Notes: generated by a model from the sequence alone, not told the origin. A DNA stretch of 11,230 nt from Myxococcales bacterium (GCA_038320275.1 JBBQEB010000127.1:1-11230), one strand, 5' to 3'. Shown: positions 1-8,157, counted from the first letter of the stretch. Made by a program: numbers and translations.

Positions 1-1746
1 CACGCGCCCCACCGCCTCCACCTTGGTGCGGCTCACCGCGGTGGACACCGTGGAGGAGAGCCCAGCGATGGGTCCGCCCCGGTACCGCGCGCGCATGCCC
101 TCCATCACCGGCGGTCCCGGGGGGACCGCAATGGCTGCCGAGGCGGTGTACGCCTCCTCCAGCCGCGCCCGGACCTCGCCCGAGAGCGCCGCCACATCCC
201 CCTCCGTCATCACCTTCCGGGCGATGAGCGCGTCCGCGTACACCTTCCGCAAGCTCGGCTTCTTCGCGATGGCGCGGTACATGAGCGGCTGCGTGAACGC
301 GGGCTCGTCCCCCTCGTTGTGCCCGTACTTGCGGTAACACCAGAAGTCGATGACGGCGTCGGAGTGGAAGCGCTGCCTGAAGTCCACCGCCAGCAGCACC
401 GCCTGCGCCACCGCCTCCAGGTCCTCGCCGTTCACGTGAAAGACCGGGATCTGAAGCATGCGCGCCACGTCCGTGGCGTAGAAGGTGGAGCGCGCATCGC
501 GCGGACCAGTGGTGAAGCCCACCTGGTTGTTCACCACGAGGTGCACCGTGCCGCCCACCGCGTATCCGTCGAGCTGCGACATGTTGAGCGACTCGGCCAC
601 GATGCCCTGGCCGGCGAAGGCGGCATCGCCGTGGATCACGATGGGGAGCACGCTCGATCGCGTGAGGTCGCGGGTGCGGTCCTGCCGGGCGCGCGCCTTG
701 CCCTGCACCACGGTGTCGATCCACTCGAGGTGGCTGGGGTTGAAGGCGAGCGACACCGCCACCGGCGCCCCCTCGGGCGTTGCGTGCTCGCCGGCGTAGC
801 CGAGGTGGTACTTCACGTCTCCCCCGCCGGACGAGATGATGGCGCGGTCCCGGAACTCGGCGAAGATCTCGCGGAAGGGCTTTCCCAGCACGTTGGCGAG
901 CACGTTGAGCCGGCCTCGATGCGCCATCCCGATGGCGATGTCCTTCACGCCATGGCTCACCGCCCGGTCGATGATGAGCTCGAGCATGGGCACGAGCCCC
1001 TCGGCCCCCTCCAGGCTGAAGCGCTTCGCCCCCAGGAAGCGCGTCCCGAGGAAGCCCTCGAACGCCTCCGCCTCGGTGAGCTTTCGGAGCATGAAGCGCT
1101 CGACGTCGGGCGCGAGCGTGATGTGGTTGCGCGTGCGCTCCATCCGCTCCTCCAGGAACGCCCGCAGCTCGCGGTCGTGGAGGTGCGCGAGCTCCACGCC
1201 CAGCGTGCGGCAGTACGTCTCCCGGAGCTGCGTCACGAGGTCCCGCAGGGTCCGTTCCCTCGGCTCGCCTCGCCCCTCGCTCGCGACCGGCCGGTCGAGG
1301 TCGGCCTCGGAGAGGCCGAAGCTCGCGAGGGCGAGGGGCAGGTCCTCCTGCGAGCGCCCGCTTCCCAGCGGGTCGAGGAGCGCATGCAGGTGCCCGCCCT
1401 CGCGGTAGGCCTGCACCAGCCGGTCGACGCGGAACTGGAACCCCTCGTGATTCGCGCGGGCCTCCGCCCCGGCCGCGGCCTCGCGCCCGTTGCGCGCGCC
1501 CATCGCGCCCGCGGCCGTCCCGCCGGCGCCGTTCGCACCAGGGGCGGCGCCCGTGCCGAGCCCGTCCATTCCCCTCTTCGCGAAGCCGCCGAAGGGCCCT
1601 GTCGTGCGGGGCAGCACCTCGAAGTAGGCGCGCCAGGCAGCGTCCACCGAGGCCGGGTCCTCGAGAAAGGCGTAGTACAGCCCCTCCACGAAACCCAGGT
1701 TGGCCGAACTGGGGGGCTCGACGGAAAGCTCGTGCTCGGAGGCCAT
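1..1746 (-). CDS. sucA: 2-oxoglutarate dehydrogenase E1 component, 5' part (truncated by the window edge)
   Basis: Manual minus-strand translation from ATG at 1746 gives MASEHELSVEPPSSANLGFVEGLYYAFLEDPASVDAAWRAYFE. It then contains the SucA motifs GMAHRGRLNV, GDVKYHLG, FNPSHLE, HGDAAFAGQG...VNNQVGFTT (ThDP-binding) and YRKYGHNEGDEP. Confidence 0.97.
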   Translation of the reverse strand, partial: MASEHELSVEPPSSANLGFVEGLYYAFLEDPASVDAAWRAYFEVLPRTTGPFGGFAKRGMDGLGTGAAPGANGAGGTAAGAMGARNGREAAAGAEARANHEGFQFRVDRLVQAYREGGHLHALLDPLGSGRSQEDLPLALASFGLSEADLDRPVASEGRGEPRERTLRDLVTQLRETYCRTLGVELAHLHDRELRAFLEERMERTRNHITLAPDVERFMLRKLTEAEAFEGFLGTRFLGAKRFSLEGAEGLVPMLELIIDRAVSHGVKDIAIGMAHRGRLNVLANVLGKPFREIFAEFRDRAIISSGGGDVKYHLGYAGEHATPEGAPVAVSLAFNPSHLEWIDTVVQGKARARQDRTRDLTRSSVLPIVIHGDAAFAGQGIVAESLNMSQLDGYAVGGTVHLVVNNQVGFTTGPRDARSTFYATDVARMLQIPVFHVNGEDLEAVAQAVLLAVDFRQRFHSDAVIDFWCYRKYGHNEGDEPAFTQPLMYRAIAKKPSLRKVYADALIARKVMTEGDVAALSGEVRARLEEAYTASAAIAVPPGPPVMEGMRARYRGGPIAGLSSTVSTAVSRTKVEAVGRV

Positions 1747-1803
1747 GCCGTTTTCCTAATCGGGGAGCCTGCGGGGCGACCTCCAAACCGGTATCTCCCG
1801 CGC

Positions 1804-2958
1804 GTGCCCTTCCTGGCCGAGGTGGAGCTCGCGGGCGGCTTCGCGCAGTGGCGCTCCGAGGGTCTACCGCCTCCGGTGCGGCTCCTTCCGGCGGACGACC
1901 GCACGACCGCCGCCGCTGCCCTGGCGCGGGCCCTTCGAGGCAACGGCCTTGCGTACGGGGGCGACTGGTTCAACGCTCGCCAGCTTCTCGCCGCCATGGG
2001 GAGGCGCCTGGCCACGCCCCGCCCCGGCGGCCCGGGGGTGCTGGCGGCATTCCGGGCCGAGCGCGCGCGCAAGCGCGCCGAGCACGAGGTGCTCTCGCTC
2101 CTGGCGGTGCCCCTGGAGGCAGGCTGGCGATCGCCGCTCCCGCGCGCGCCGCCGCTCGCCGCCGCCCTGGAGGCCGCCTTCGGAGCGTCGCCTTCCGGCG
2201 TGGCCTGGCTCCCGCTGCGGGAGGTGCTGGGGGCGGTCGGCGCGCACGAGTGGCGCCGCCGGGGCGTGGAGGTGCCCGCGCTCGGCGCGCGCGTACATCC
2301 CCACTACGGCGTGTTCGCGCCGGTGCGCGGCGAGTACGTCGAGCTCGTGGCGAGCGCCCTGCGCGCACGCGGCGCGGGGCTCCTCCCCGCGGGCAGCCGC
2401 GCGTTCGACGTGGGCACCGGGACGGGGGTGCTGGCCGCGCTCCTCGCGAAGGCCGGTGCGCGCGTCACCGCCACCGACCTCGATCCGCGCGCGGTCGCCT
2501 GCGCGCGAGAGAACCTCGCGGCCCTCGGTCTTGCGGACGCGGTAGAGGTGGTGCGGGCCGACCTCTTCCCGCCCGGGCGCGCACGGCTGGTGGTGGCGAA
2601 CCCGCCCTGGCTCCCGGAGGAGTCGCACGGCCCGCTCGACCGCGCCGTCTACGATCCCGGCGGTGCCGTGCTCGAGCGCCTGGTGCGCGGCCTGCCCGGC
2701 GCGCTCGAGGAAGGGGGGGAGGCCTGGCTCGTGCTCTCCGACCTGGCCGAGCGGCTGGGGCTGCGGGCCGAGGGCGCGCTGGACGCGCTCCTTCGCTCGG
2801 CGGGCCTGCGCCCCGCCGCTGTGCTGGAGGCCCGCCCCACCCACCCGCGGGCACGCACCGGCTCGGACCCCGTCGCGCGCGCCCGCGCCGCCGAGCGGAC
2901 GCGGCTCTACGTGCTCTCCCCGGACGGCGCGCCGGGCTTCGCCCGCGCCAGCGCTTGA
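1804..2958 (+). CDS. Class I SAM-dependent methyltransferase (MTS/PrmC-like, N-terminally extended)
   Basis: C-terminal part of the 319..2958 ORF. It has HPHYGVFAPVRGEY, motif I DVGTGTG, ATDLDP, ADLFP and motif IV ANPPW. GTG 1804 was chosen as start because the upstream part is antisense to sucA. Confidence 0.88.
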   Translation: MPFLAEVELAGGFAQWRSEGLPPPVRLLPADDRTTAAAALARALRGNGLAYGGDWFNARQLLAAMGRRLATPRPGGPGVLAAFRAERARKRAEHEVLSLLAVPLEAGWRSPLPRAPPLAAALEAAFGASPSGVAWLPLREVLGAVGAHEWRRRGVEVPALGARVHPHYGVFAPVRGEYVELVASALRARGAGLLPAGSRAFDVGTGTGVLAALLAKAGARVTATDLDPRAVACARENLAALGLADAVEVVRADLFPPGRARLVVANPPWLPEESHGPLDRAVYDPGGAVLERLVRGLPGALEEGGEAWLVLSDLAERLGLRAEGALDALLRSAGLRPAAVLEARPTHPRARTGSDPVARARAAERTRLYVLSPDGAPGFARASA

Positions 2959-3998
2959 GGCAGCGCGCTGCGCGAGAAGGAGCGCAGGACGAGCGCCACC
3001 GGCCGCCGCGGGGTGGCCCGCAGCTCCGCGCCGAAGCCGAGCCTCATCAGGAGCTGCGGGTGGCCGCGCTCGCCCAGGGCGCCCCGGAGCTTCTCCCGCA
3101 CGCTGGGCACCTCCACCGCGTTGCTGAAGTACGAGGCGGAGAGGCCGGTCGCCGCGGCGCGCAGGAGCATCCGCTGCATGGCGATCCCGGCCGCGAGCCA
3201 GTCGGCCGGCGCATCGCCGCGCGTGCAGAGCGCGAGCAGGGCCCGGGCCTCTCTGGCGTTCACACGGTCGCGCCGCTCCTCCCCCTCGCTGGCGCCGCGC
3301 AGCCGGACGAGGACCTTGTGCAGCGCGGAGGCGGAGCTTCCGTACCCGTGGGCGTATCCAGGCATTCCATCCAGCTCGCCCGGCTCGTTGGATCGCGACC
3401 AGGACGCCAGCTCCGCCCGGAACCTGCCATTCGCCCAGGCCAGGCGATCGCCCTCGCCCACCAGCTCCGCCACCGTCGCGCGATCTCCTCCTTCCACCGT
3501 GCGGAGGGTCGTCTCGCAGGCGGCAGCATCCCTGGCGAGCGCCGTCACGAGACCCGGCGGCACCGGGCGCGGATCGAAGCTCAGGCGGTTGGTGTGGCGC
3601 AGCGGGATGGCGGTGAAGAGCTGACCGTCGTCCTCGGACGGCTCCCGCGGCTCCTCCAGCGTGAGGCGCGCCAGGAGCCCGTCCTTGCGGCTACCGGCGA
3701 CCTGTTCGACGGACGTCGCGAGCCCCGCCTGGCGCGCGGCGAGCTCTGCGTTGAGCAGCGCCGCCCCGCAGGCCATCACGAGCTCGCGTCCCTGCGGATC
3801 GCCGGCGGGCAGCGAGCGCCGCCAGTCGCCGTACACGCGCAGGGTGGGCCCCGCGATCTCGAAGAACCAGGGCTGGGCGTTGTGCCGGGATGGCGCCAGG
3901 ATGGCGTACCGGAGCGCCTCCCGCAGCGTCTCGGCCGGCCCCTGGCCGGGCTCGATGGGGTGCGGCGCTCCCTGCCCGCCCTCCTGGCGCTCTGTCAT
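2907..3998 (-). CDS. Acg-family FMN-binding nitroreductase-like oxidoreductase
   Basis: APSRHNAQPW, DPQGRELVMACGAALLN, IPLRHTNR, WLAAGIAMQRMLL and PQLLMRLGFG...TPRRP are typical of the two-domain Acg nitroreductase fold. Confidence 0.9.
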   Translation of the reverse strand: MTERQEGGQGAPHPIEPGQGPAETLREALRYAILAPSRHNAQPWFFEIAGPTLRVYGDWRRSLPAGDPQGRELVMACGAALLNAELAARQAGLATSVEQVAGSRKDGLLARLTLEEPREPSEDDGQLFTAIPLRHTNRLSFDPRPVPPGLVTALARDAAACETTLRTVEGGDRATVAELVGEGDRLAWANGRFRAELASWSRSNEPGELDGMPGYAHGYGSSASALHKVLVRLRGASEGEERRDRVNAREARALLALCTRGDAPADWLAAGIAMQRMLLRAAATGLSASYFSNAVEVPSVREKLRGALGERGHPQLLMRLGFGAELRATPRRPVALVLRSFSRSALPQALARAKPGAPSGEST

Positions 3999-4027
3999 GC
4001 GGGCTTTCTACGGTCCCAGCCCCACCA

Positions 4028-5890
4028 CTACCCGCGAAACCGACGGGCCACCGAGGCGTGCACCCGCCGGAGGATCTCGCCCTCGTCCGCGGGCGCGCGC
4101 CCGGTGACGGCCAGGCGAATCGCCACCTCCTCCTGCAGCACCTCACCGCCGTCGAGCTCACGCCCTCCGGAGAGCACAGCCAGCCGCCCGGGCGCGAGGT
4201 CGATGCCGTGCGGCGCGAGGCAGAGCTCGACCGCGCGACGAGCGAGCGCGGCCGCCGTCACGCGGAGCCGCTCGCCCGGGAGCATCTGGAACCCGAGCGT
4301 GGCGCTGCCGAAGCCGGCGCGCAGCTCGGCCACCAGGCCCACGCGCAGGGAGAGCTCGAGCAGCGCCTCCAGCCCCTCCGGCGGCCCGTACCTCAGGAAG
4401 GTCCGCAGAGGGGAGGCGCAGCGGGGGCAGACGAGGCCGTGCACCGCCTCGAGCCCGTCCGCGCGGAGGAGGTGCACCGCGTAGACGTCTGCCCCGCACC
4501 GGCGGCAAGAAAGACGTGGGCCGAGCACCGAGAGCACCTCCCGCGCGAGCGACCGCACGGTTTCCTCCGCGAGCGCCGCCTCCACTCCCGGGAGGAGGTC
4601 CGCGCTCGCGAGCTGAAGGCCGGCCGCCACGCCCTTCTCCCTCAGCCGCAGCCCGAGCGCGAGGTGACGCGGCAGGCGCACGAGGGCCCAGGCCAGCTCG
4701 GGGGCGCCCGGCCATCCCTCGCGCAGCGCCTCCCAGCGCTCCGTGAGCCCACCCGAGGTGGCGATCGCCTCGGGGGGCCTTCCCGCCAGCTCGGAAGCCG
4801 CGGCGAGGAGGGTCAGGCCCGCTCGCCAGGGCGCGGGCTCCGCCGCCTCCTCCGCCAGAGCCTTCGCGAGGAGACCCGCGCCGACGCCCGGCGGCGGGGC
4901 GCGACCTGCGGCGCCGGGCCCGGCACCGCGCCGCACCTGCGCTCGGACGAGAGGGCTGCGCGCTGCCGCATCGCGAGGGGCCGGCCCTGGGCGGCCCCCG
5001 CCGCTCTCCCGCGCGAGCGCCTCCTCCCGTGCACGGTCGAGGAGCCGTGCCCCGGCGAGAACGCGGTCGAGCGAGGCGAGCGCGGCCGCGCGCGCCGCGG
5101 CTGCGTCGGCCTCCGCGCCCTCGCGCGCCTCGGCGAGCAGATCCCCACCCGCCTCCTGCCGGCGCGCCTCCTCCCGGCGAAGGCGGGCGGTCCGCCCCGC
5201 GCCGAGCCGCGCCACCTCGCCGGCGATGCGCCCGAGCGCAGCGGCGAGGGTCTCGCTCCGACGCCGGGCGTGCTCCAGCCGCTCCGCGTCGTCGAGCGGC
5301 GCGCCGGCGTCGGGAGTGCCGAGCCGCTCCGCGAGCAGCTCCAGCGCCGCGCGGTCGCCACGCGCGTAGGCGGCGTTGGCGCTTGCCATGAGGTCGGACC
5401 GGCGCCGCGCCTCTGCCTCGCCGCCGCGGGCGAGGTCGGGATGGAGGAGCCGCGCCAGCCTGCGGTAGAGCGCCTTCAGCTCCGGCTCGGCGACGAGCGC
5501 GGTGGGCGCAGGGCCCGCGATGCGCGGGCTCGCCTCCGGCGCGCGAAGCCGCCGCGCCGCGGCCGCCACCCCAGCCCGCACGCGCGGCTCGAGTGGAGGA
5601 GGCTCACCCTGGCGAAGGACAGCCGTGAGCCGTCCCACCTCCACCTCCAGCCGGCCGAGGTGGCGAACGGTCTGGTCTGCGGCGTGGAGCTCGCCGAAGG
5701 CTTCGCGGGTGGCCTCCGCCCACCGGCGCTCGAAGGCTGCCCCCTCGCCGCCGAGCCGTTCCCGCTCGCGCTCGGCGCGGTCGATCTCCCCGAGCAGCCG
5801 GGTGAGCTCCGCCTCTGCGTCGCGCACCGCCGCCGACGGCGGCGGCCGGGGGAGGAGGACGATGGCCCGCCGCGGAGCCCGGCAGACCAA
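4028..5890 (-). CDS. Large J-domain-containing protein with coiled coils and a CxxC...CxxC zinc ribbon
   Basis: LKALYRRLARLLHPDL...ANAAY is the J-domain helix II-HPD-helix III pattern. It is flanked by Glu/Arg/Ala coiled-coil-like segments, with CRRC...CPRC later. Start is uncertain (TTG 5890 or a downstream GTG). Confidence 0.8.
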   Translation of the reverse strand: MVCRAPRRAIVLLPRPPPSAAVRDAEAELTRLLGEIDRAERERERLGGEGAAFERRWAEATREAFGELHAADQTVRHLGRLEVEVGRLTAVLRQGEPPPLEPRVRAGVAAAARRLRAPEASPRIAGPAPTALVAEPELKALYRRLARLLHPDLARGGEAEARRRSDLMASANAAYARGDRAALELLAERLGTPDAGAPLDDAERLEHARRRSETLAAALGRIAGEVARLGAGRTARLRREEARRQEAGGDLLAEAREGAEADAAAARAAALASLDRVLAGARLLDRAREEALARESGGGRPGPAPRDAAARSPLVRAQVRRGAGPGAAGRAPPPGVGAGLLAKALAEEAAEPAPWRAGLTLLAAASELAGRPPEAIATSGGLTERWEALREGWPGAPELAWALVRLPRHLALGLRLREKGVAAGLQLASADLLPGVEAALAEETVRSLAREVLSVLGPRLSCRRCGADVYAVHLLRADGLEAVHGLVCPRCASPLRTFLRYGPPEGLEALLELSLRVGLVAELRAGFGSATLGFQMLPGERLRVTAAALARRAVELCLAPHGIDLAPGRLAVLSGGRELDGGEVLQEEVAIRLAVTGRAPADEGEILRRVHASVARRFRG

Positions 5891-5893
5891 GGC

Positions 5894-6718
5894 TCACCGC
5901 CCGCGGGGGCGGGCCCGCGCCGGCGCCCGCTCGGGCGGCGCCGCGGCGGCGGGCCGCGGCCCGAACAGCGCCCAGAGCCCGTAAGCCCAGAGCGCGAAGC
6001 AGAAGTACTGCGCCGGCGTGAGGCCGAGGTAGCGCGCGTCGGCGTAGGGAACGTCGGTCGCGCGGGGCCGGTCGAAGAGGAAGCGGCTCGTGCCGTAAAG
6101 GAGCGCGAGCAGCCCGAGCAGGCGCCCGCGCAGCGCACCCGCCCGCTCGAGCAGGTGGAGGACGGCCGCGAAGGCAAAGAGCGCCAGCGCGTCATACAGG
6201 CCGAGATCGTGCCGCGTGCCGGAGAAGCCGAGCGTGGAGAGCGCCGAGGCTGGAAAGTCGACCGCCAGCGGGAAGGTGGTGCGGACGCCGGGGTGATCGT
6301 GGATGATGAAGCAGCCCACCCGCGCGATGCCCCACCCAGGAGCGAGGCCCAGGGCGAAGCTGTCGGCGTAGTCGCGGAAGTGAACGCGCCGGCGCGAGAA
6401 GAAGATCGCGGCGGCGACCACCGCGCCGAGGAGCCCTCCGAACGAGGAAAGCCCCTCCCAGAAGGCGAGCGCGCGCCTGGGATCGGAGAGCTCCTCGGGA
6501 TGGTAGAGGAAGAGGTGGACGAGGTGTCCGCCGAGGACGCCCGCGCCGACGCCCCACGGCGCGTAGTCGGAGAGCGGCTGGGGGTCGAGTCCCCGGCGCC
6601 TGCTGGCGCGCAGGGAGAGGGCCGCGCCCGCGTAGACGCCCAGCGCGGCGAAGACGCCGAAGGCCTGGAGCGTGAAGGGCCCCAGGTGAAGCGAGGGAAG
6701 CTCGAAGTAGGGGATCAC
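5894..6718 (-). CDS. lgt: Prolipoprotein diacylglyceryl transferase (Lgt) family protein, divergent
   Basis: Multi-TM protein with Lgt-like blocks LGPFTLQAFG, FWEGLSSFGG, DSFALGLAPGWGIARVGCF, RHDLGLYD, YGTSRF and LGLTPAQY. Several canonical residues are substituted. Confidence 0.8.
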   Translation of the reverse strand: MIPYFELPSLHLGPFTLQAFGVFAALGVYAGAALSLRASRRRGLDPQPLSDYAPWGVGAGVLGGHLVHLFLYHPEELSDPRRALAFWEGLSSFGGLLGAVVAAAIFFSRRRVHFRDYADSFALGLAPGWGIARVGCFIIHDHPGVRTTFPLAVDFPASALSTLGFSGTRHDLGLYDALALFAFAAVLHLLERAGALRGRLLGLLALLYGTSRFLFDRPRATDVPYADARYLGLTPAQYFCFALWAYGLWALFGPRPAAAAPPERAPARARPRGR

Positions 6719-6806
6719 GCTCGGGGCCTGTGAAGGAATCCCTGGACCGAGCCAGGCTCTCGAACGGCAGTATCCAGGCTGCCGGCGGCGGCGTCCAGAA
6801 GGCTCC

Positions 6807-7427
6807 TCAGTCCTTCGCGCCGCCCGGCGCGAGGCTCGCCGGATAGAGGCTCAAGCTGAAGCTTCCAGGACGAAGGCCGGTGGCGCGATCGACGGCGGCG
6901 CTGCGCAGCGCAGTGAGCGCGAACCGCGCGCGGTCGAGCTTCGCGCGGGCCAGGTCGGCGCCGGGCAGCGCTGCCAGCACGAAGCGGGCACCGGAGGCCC
7001 TTGCGCCCGCCAGCCGGGCGCGCGCGAGCCAGGCCAGGACGAAGCTCGCGCCGGAGAGATCGGCGGCCTCCAGGCTGGCGCCCGCGAGGCTCACCCCGTA
7101 GAGGCGGCTGCCCGCGAGGCTCGCCCGCGCCATCGCCGCGCCGTCGAGGACGCACCCGGCGAACAGCGCTCCTGGCAGCCGCACGCCCTCGAGCTGGGCA
7201 CCGCGGAGGTCGCACAGCACGAAGCGGGCGCCCCCGAGCCTCGCGCCGGAGAAATCGACGCCGCGGAGGTCGCAGCCCACCAGCCGGGCTCCGGTGAGGT
7301 CGGCACGGGAGAGGTCGGCGCCGCGAAGGGTGCGGCCGCGGAGCTCCTTTCCCGCCAGGTCGATACCCCCCAGCCGCGCGCCGACCATGCGCCGCGCGCC
7401 CGCCGCCAGGGCGATGCGCGCAGCCAT
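6807..7427 (-). CDS. Pentapeptide-repeat protein
   Basis: About 34 tandem A(D/R)Lxx-type repeats (GADLS RADLT GARLV GCDLR...). ATG 7427 chosen as start; ATG 7388 is an alternative. The upstream extension in the ORF track overlaps the next gene. Confidence 0.88.
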   Translation of the reverse strand: MAARIALAAGARRMVGARLGGIDLAGKELRGRTLRGADLSRADLTGARLVGCDLRGVDFSGARLGGARFVLCDLRGAQLEGVRLPGALFAGCVLDGAAMARASLAGSRLYGVSLAGASLEAADLSGASFVLAWLARARLAGARASGARFVLAALPGADLARAKLDRARFALTALRSAAVDRATGLRPGSFSLSLYPASLAPGGAKD

Positions 7428-7446
7428 GCTCCCCAGATTCGCGCGG

Positions 7447-7483
7447 CGCCGGCGCCGCCGCGCGAGGGCGGCGGGCGCCGGCG
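7447..7483. terminator. GC-rich hairpin downstream of the beta-barrel gene; possible terminator or stabilising stem
   Basis: CGCCGGCGCC (7447-7456) pairs with GGCGCCGGCG (7474-7483), with an inner GCCGC/GCGGC stem. There is no U-tract, and the high GC content makes chance pairing likely. Confidence 0.3.
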
Positions 7484-7542
7484 GGGCCGCGATGGCTGCG
7501 GTCCGGGGCGGCTTAGGAGGTGGGGCCAAGCGATGTTTCTCT

Positions 7543-8157
7543 CTAGATCTCGATGCCGACGCGCCCCACGACGCCGAAGGTGGAGCCGCCCACGTCATAG
7601 CGGCTCATGGTTCCACCGACGGCGGTGCCGGGGAGAACATCGACGGTGGTGGAGCTCACGTCCCAGCGCGCGAAGCCCCAGACGCCGAGCACGAGCTTGA
7701 TCGGGTCGGCGATGGGGAGGCGGAGCGACACGCCAGGCCGGAAGCCGACGTACGGGAACCACTTGTCGTAGCCCGAACCGGCGATGTTCCGGTACTGCTG
7801 CCCGCCGACCTCGCCGAGCAGCTCGAGGCGCACGAGGGAGATGTCCGCGCCGACGCCGAGGAGCCCGCCCACGATCCGCGTGTTGGTGGTCTTGTAATTG
7901 ACCCCGCCTTCGTAGAGGGCGCCCAGCTCCAGGATGGAGAGCTTGACGATGGCGTCCGCGCCGATCGCGTTGTTGCTGCCCTTGAGCAGGTCGGAGTCGT
8001 TGGCGGCGGTCGTGACGCCGTCCTTGAGCCCCAGCGCGTCGAATCGTTTCCAGCCTCCCCAGGCCTCGAGCGTGAGGTCGACGGGGTCCGCGAACGCTGC
8101 CGCGGGTGCGGCGAGCGCGAGGGTCACTGCGAGCGCGGCAAGTGTCTTTCGGTTCAT
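7543..8157 (-). CDS. Secreted protein, probable small outer-membrane beta-barrel
   Basis: Sec signal peptide MNRKTLAALAVTLALAAPAAAFA. Amphipathic Gly/aromatic strands (LTLEAWGGW, LELGALYEGG, YVGFRPGVSL, LVLGVWGFARW) and a terminal strand VVGRVGIEI. Strong SD upstream. Confidence 0.8.
   Translation of the reverse strand: MNRKTLAALAVTLALAAPAAAFADPVDLTLEAWGGWKRFDALGLKDGVTTAANDSDLLKGSNNAIGADAIVKLSILELGALYEGGVNYKTTNTRIVGGLLGVGADISLVRLELLGEVGGQQYRNIAGSGYDKWFPYVGFRPGVSLRLPIADPIKLVLGVWGFARWDVSSTTVDVLPGTAVGGTMSRYDVGGSTFGVVGRVGIEI

Noticed and set aside
319..1803. N-terminal ~495 aa of the 879-aa plus-strand ORF (apparent giant methyltransferase fusion)
   Set aside because: It is the antisense shadow of sucA, whose motifs are clear on the minus strand. 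Stop-free antisense frames are expected at this GC content.
1804..2958. DNA adenine methyltransferase of a restriction or defence system
   Set aside because: There is no adjacent nuclease or specificity gene and little room for a target-recognition domain after NPPW. The layout is MTS/PrmC-like.
5604..5897. 97-aa ORF whose GTG overlaps the lgt stop (GTGA), hinting at a frameshifted start of the J-domain gene
   Set aside because: The product is low-complexity, there is no slippery site, and the J-domain frame is already open to 5890. The true start needs orthologue alignment.
6735..6806. tRNA or 6S RNA (contains GTTCGA; one end is vaguely 6S-like)
   Set aside because: There is no T-stem around TTCGA and no cloverleaf, and it is far too short for 6S RNA.
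6807..7427. Qnr/MfpA quinolone-resistance call
   Set aside because: Only generic repeats are present, the net charge is basic, and no Qnr-specific loops are apparent.
7515..7700. Plus-strand AGGAGGT followed by ATG 7533 and a short ORF
   Set aside because: The ORF is antisense to the beta-barrel gene, is Arg-rich with no coding signature, and the SD spacing is long.
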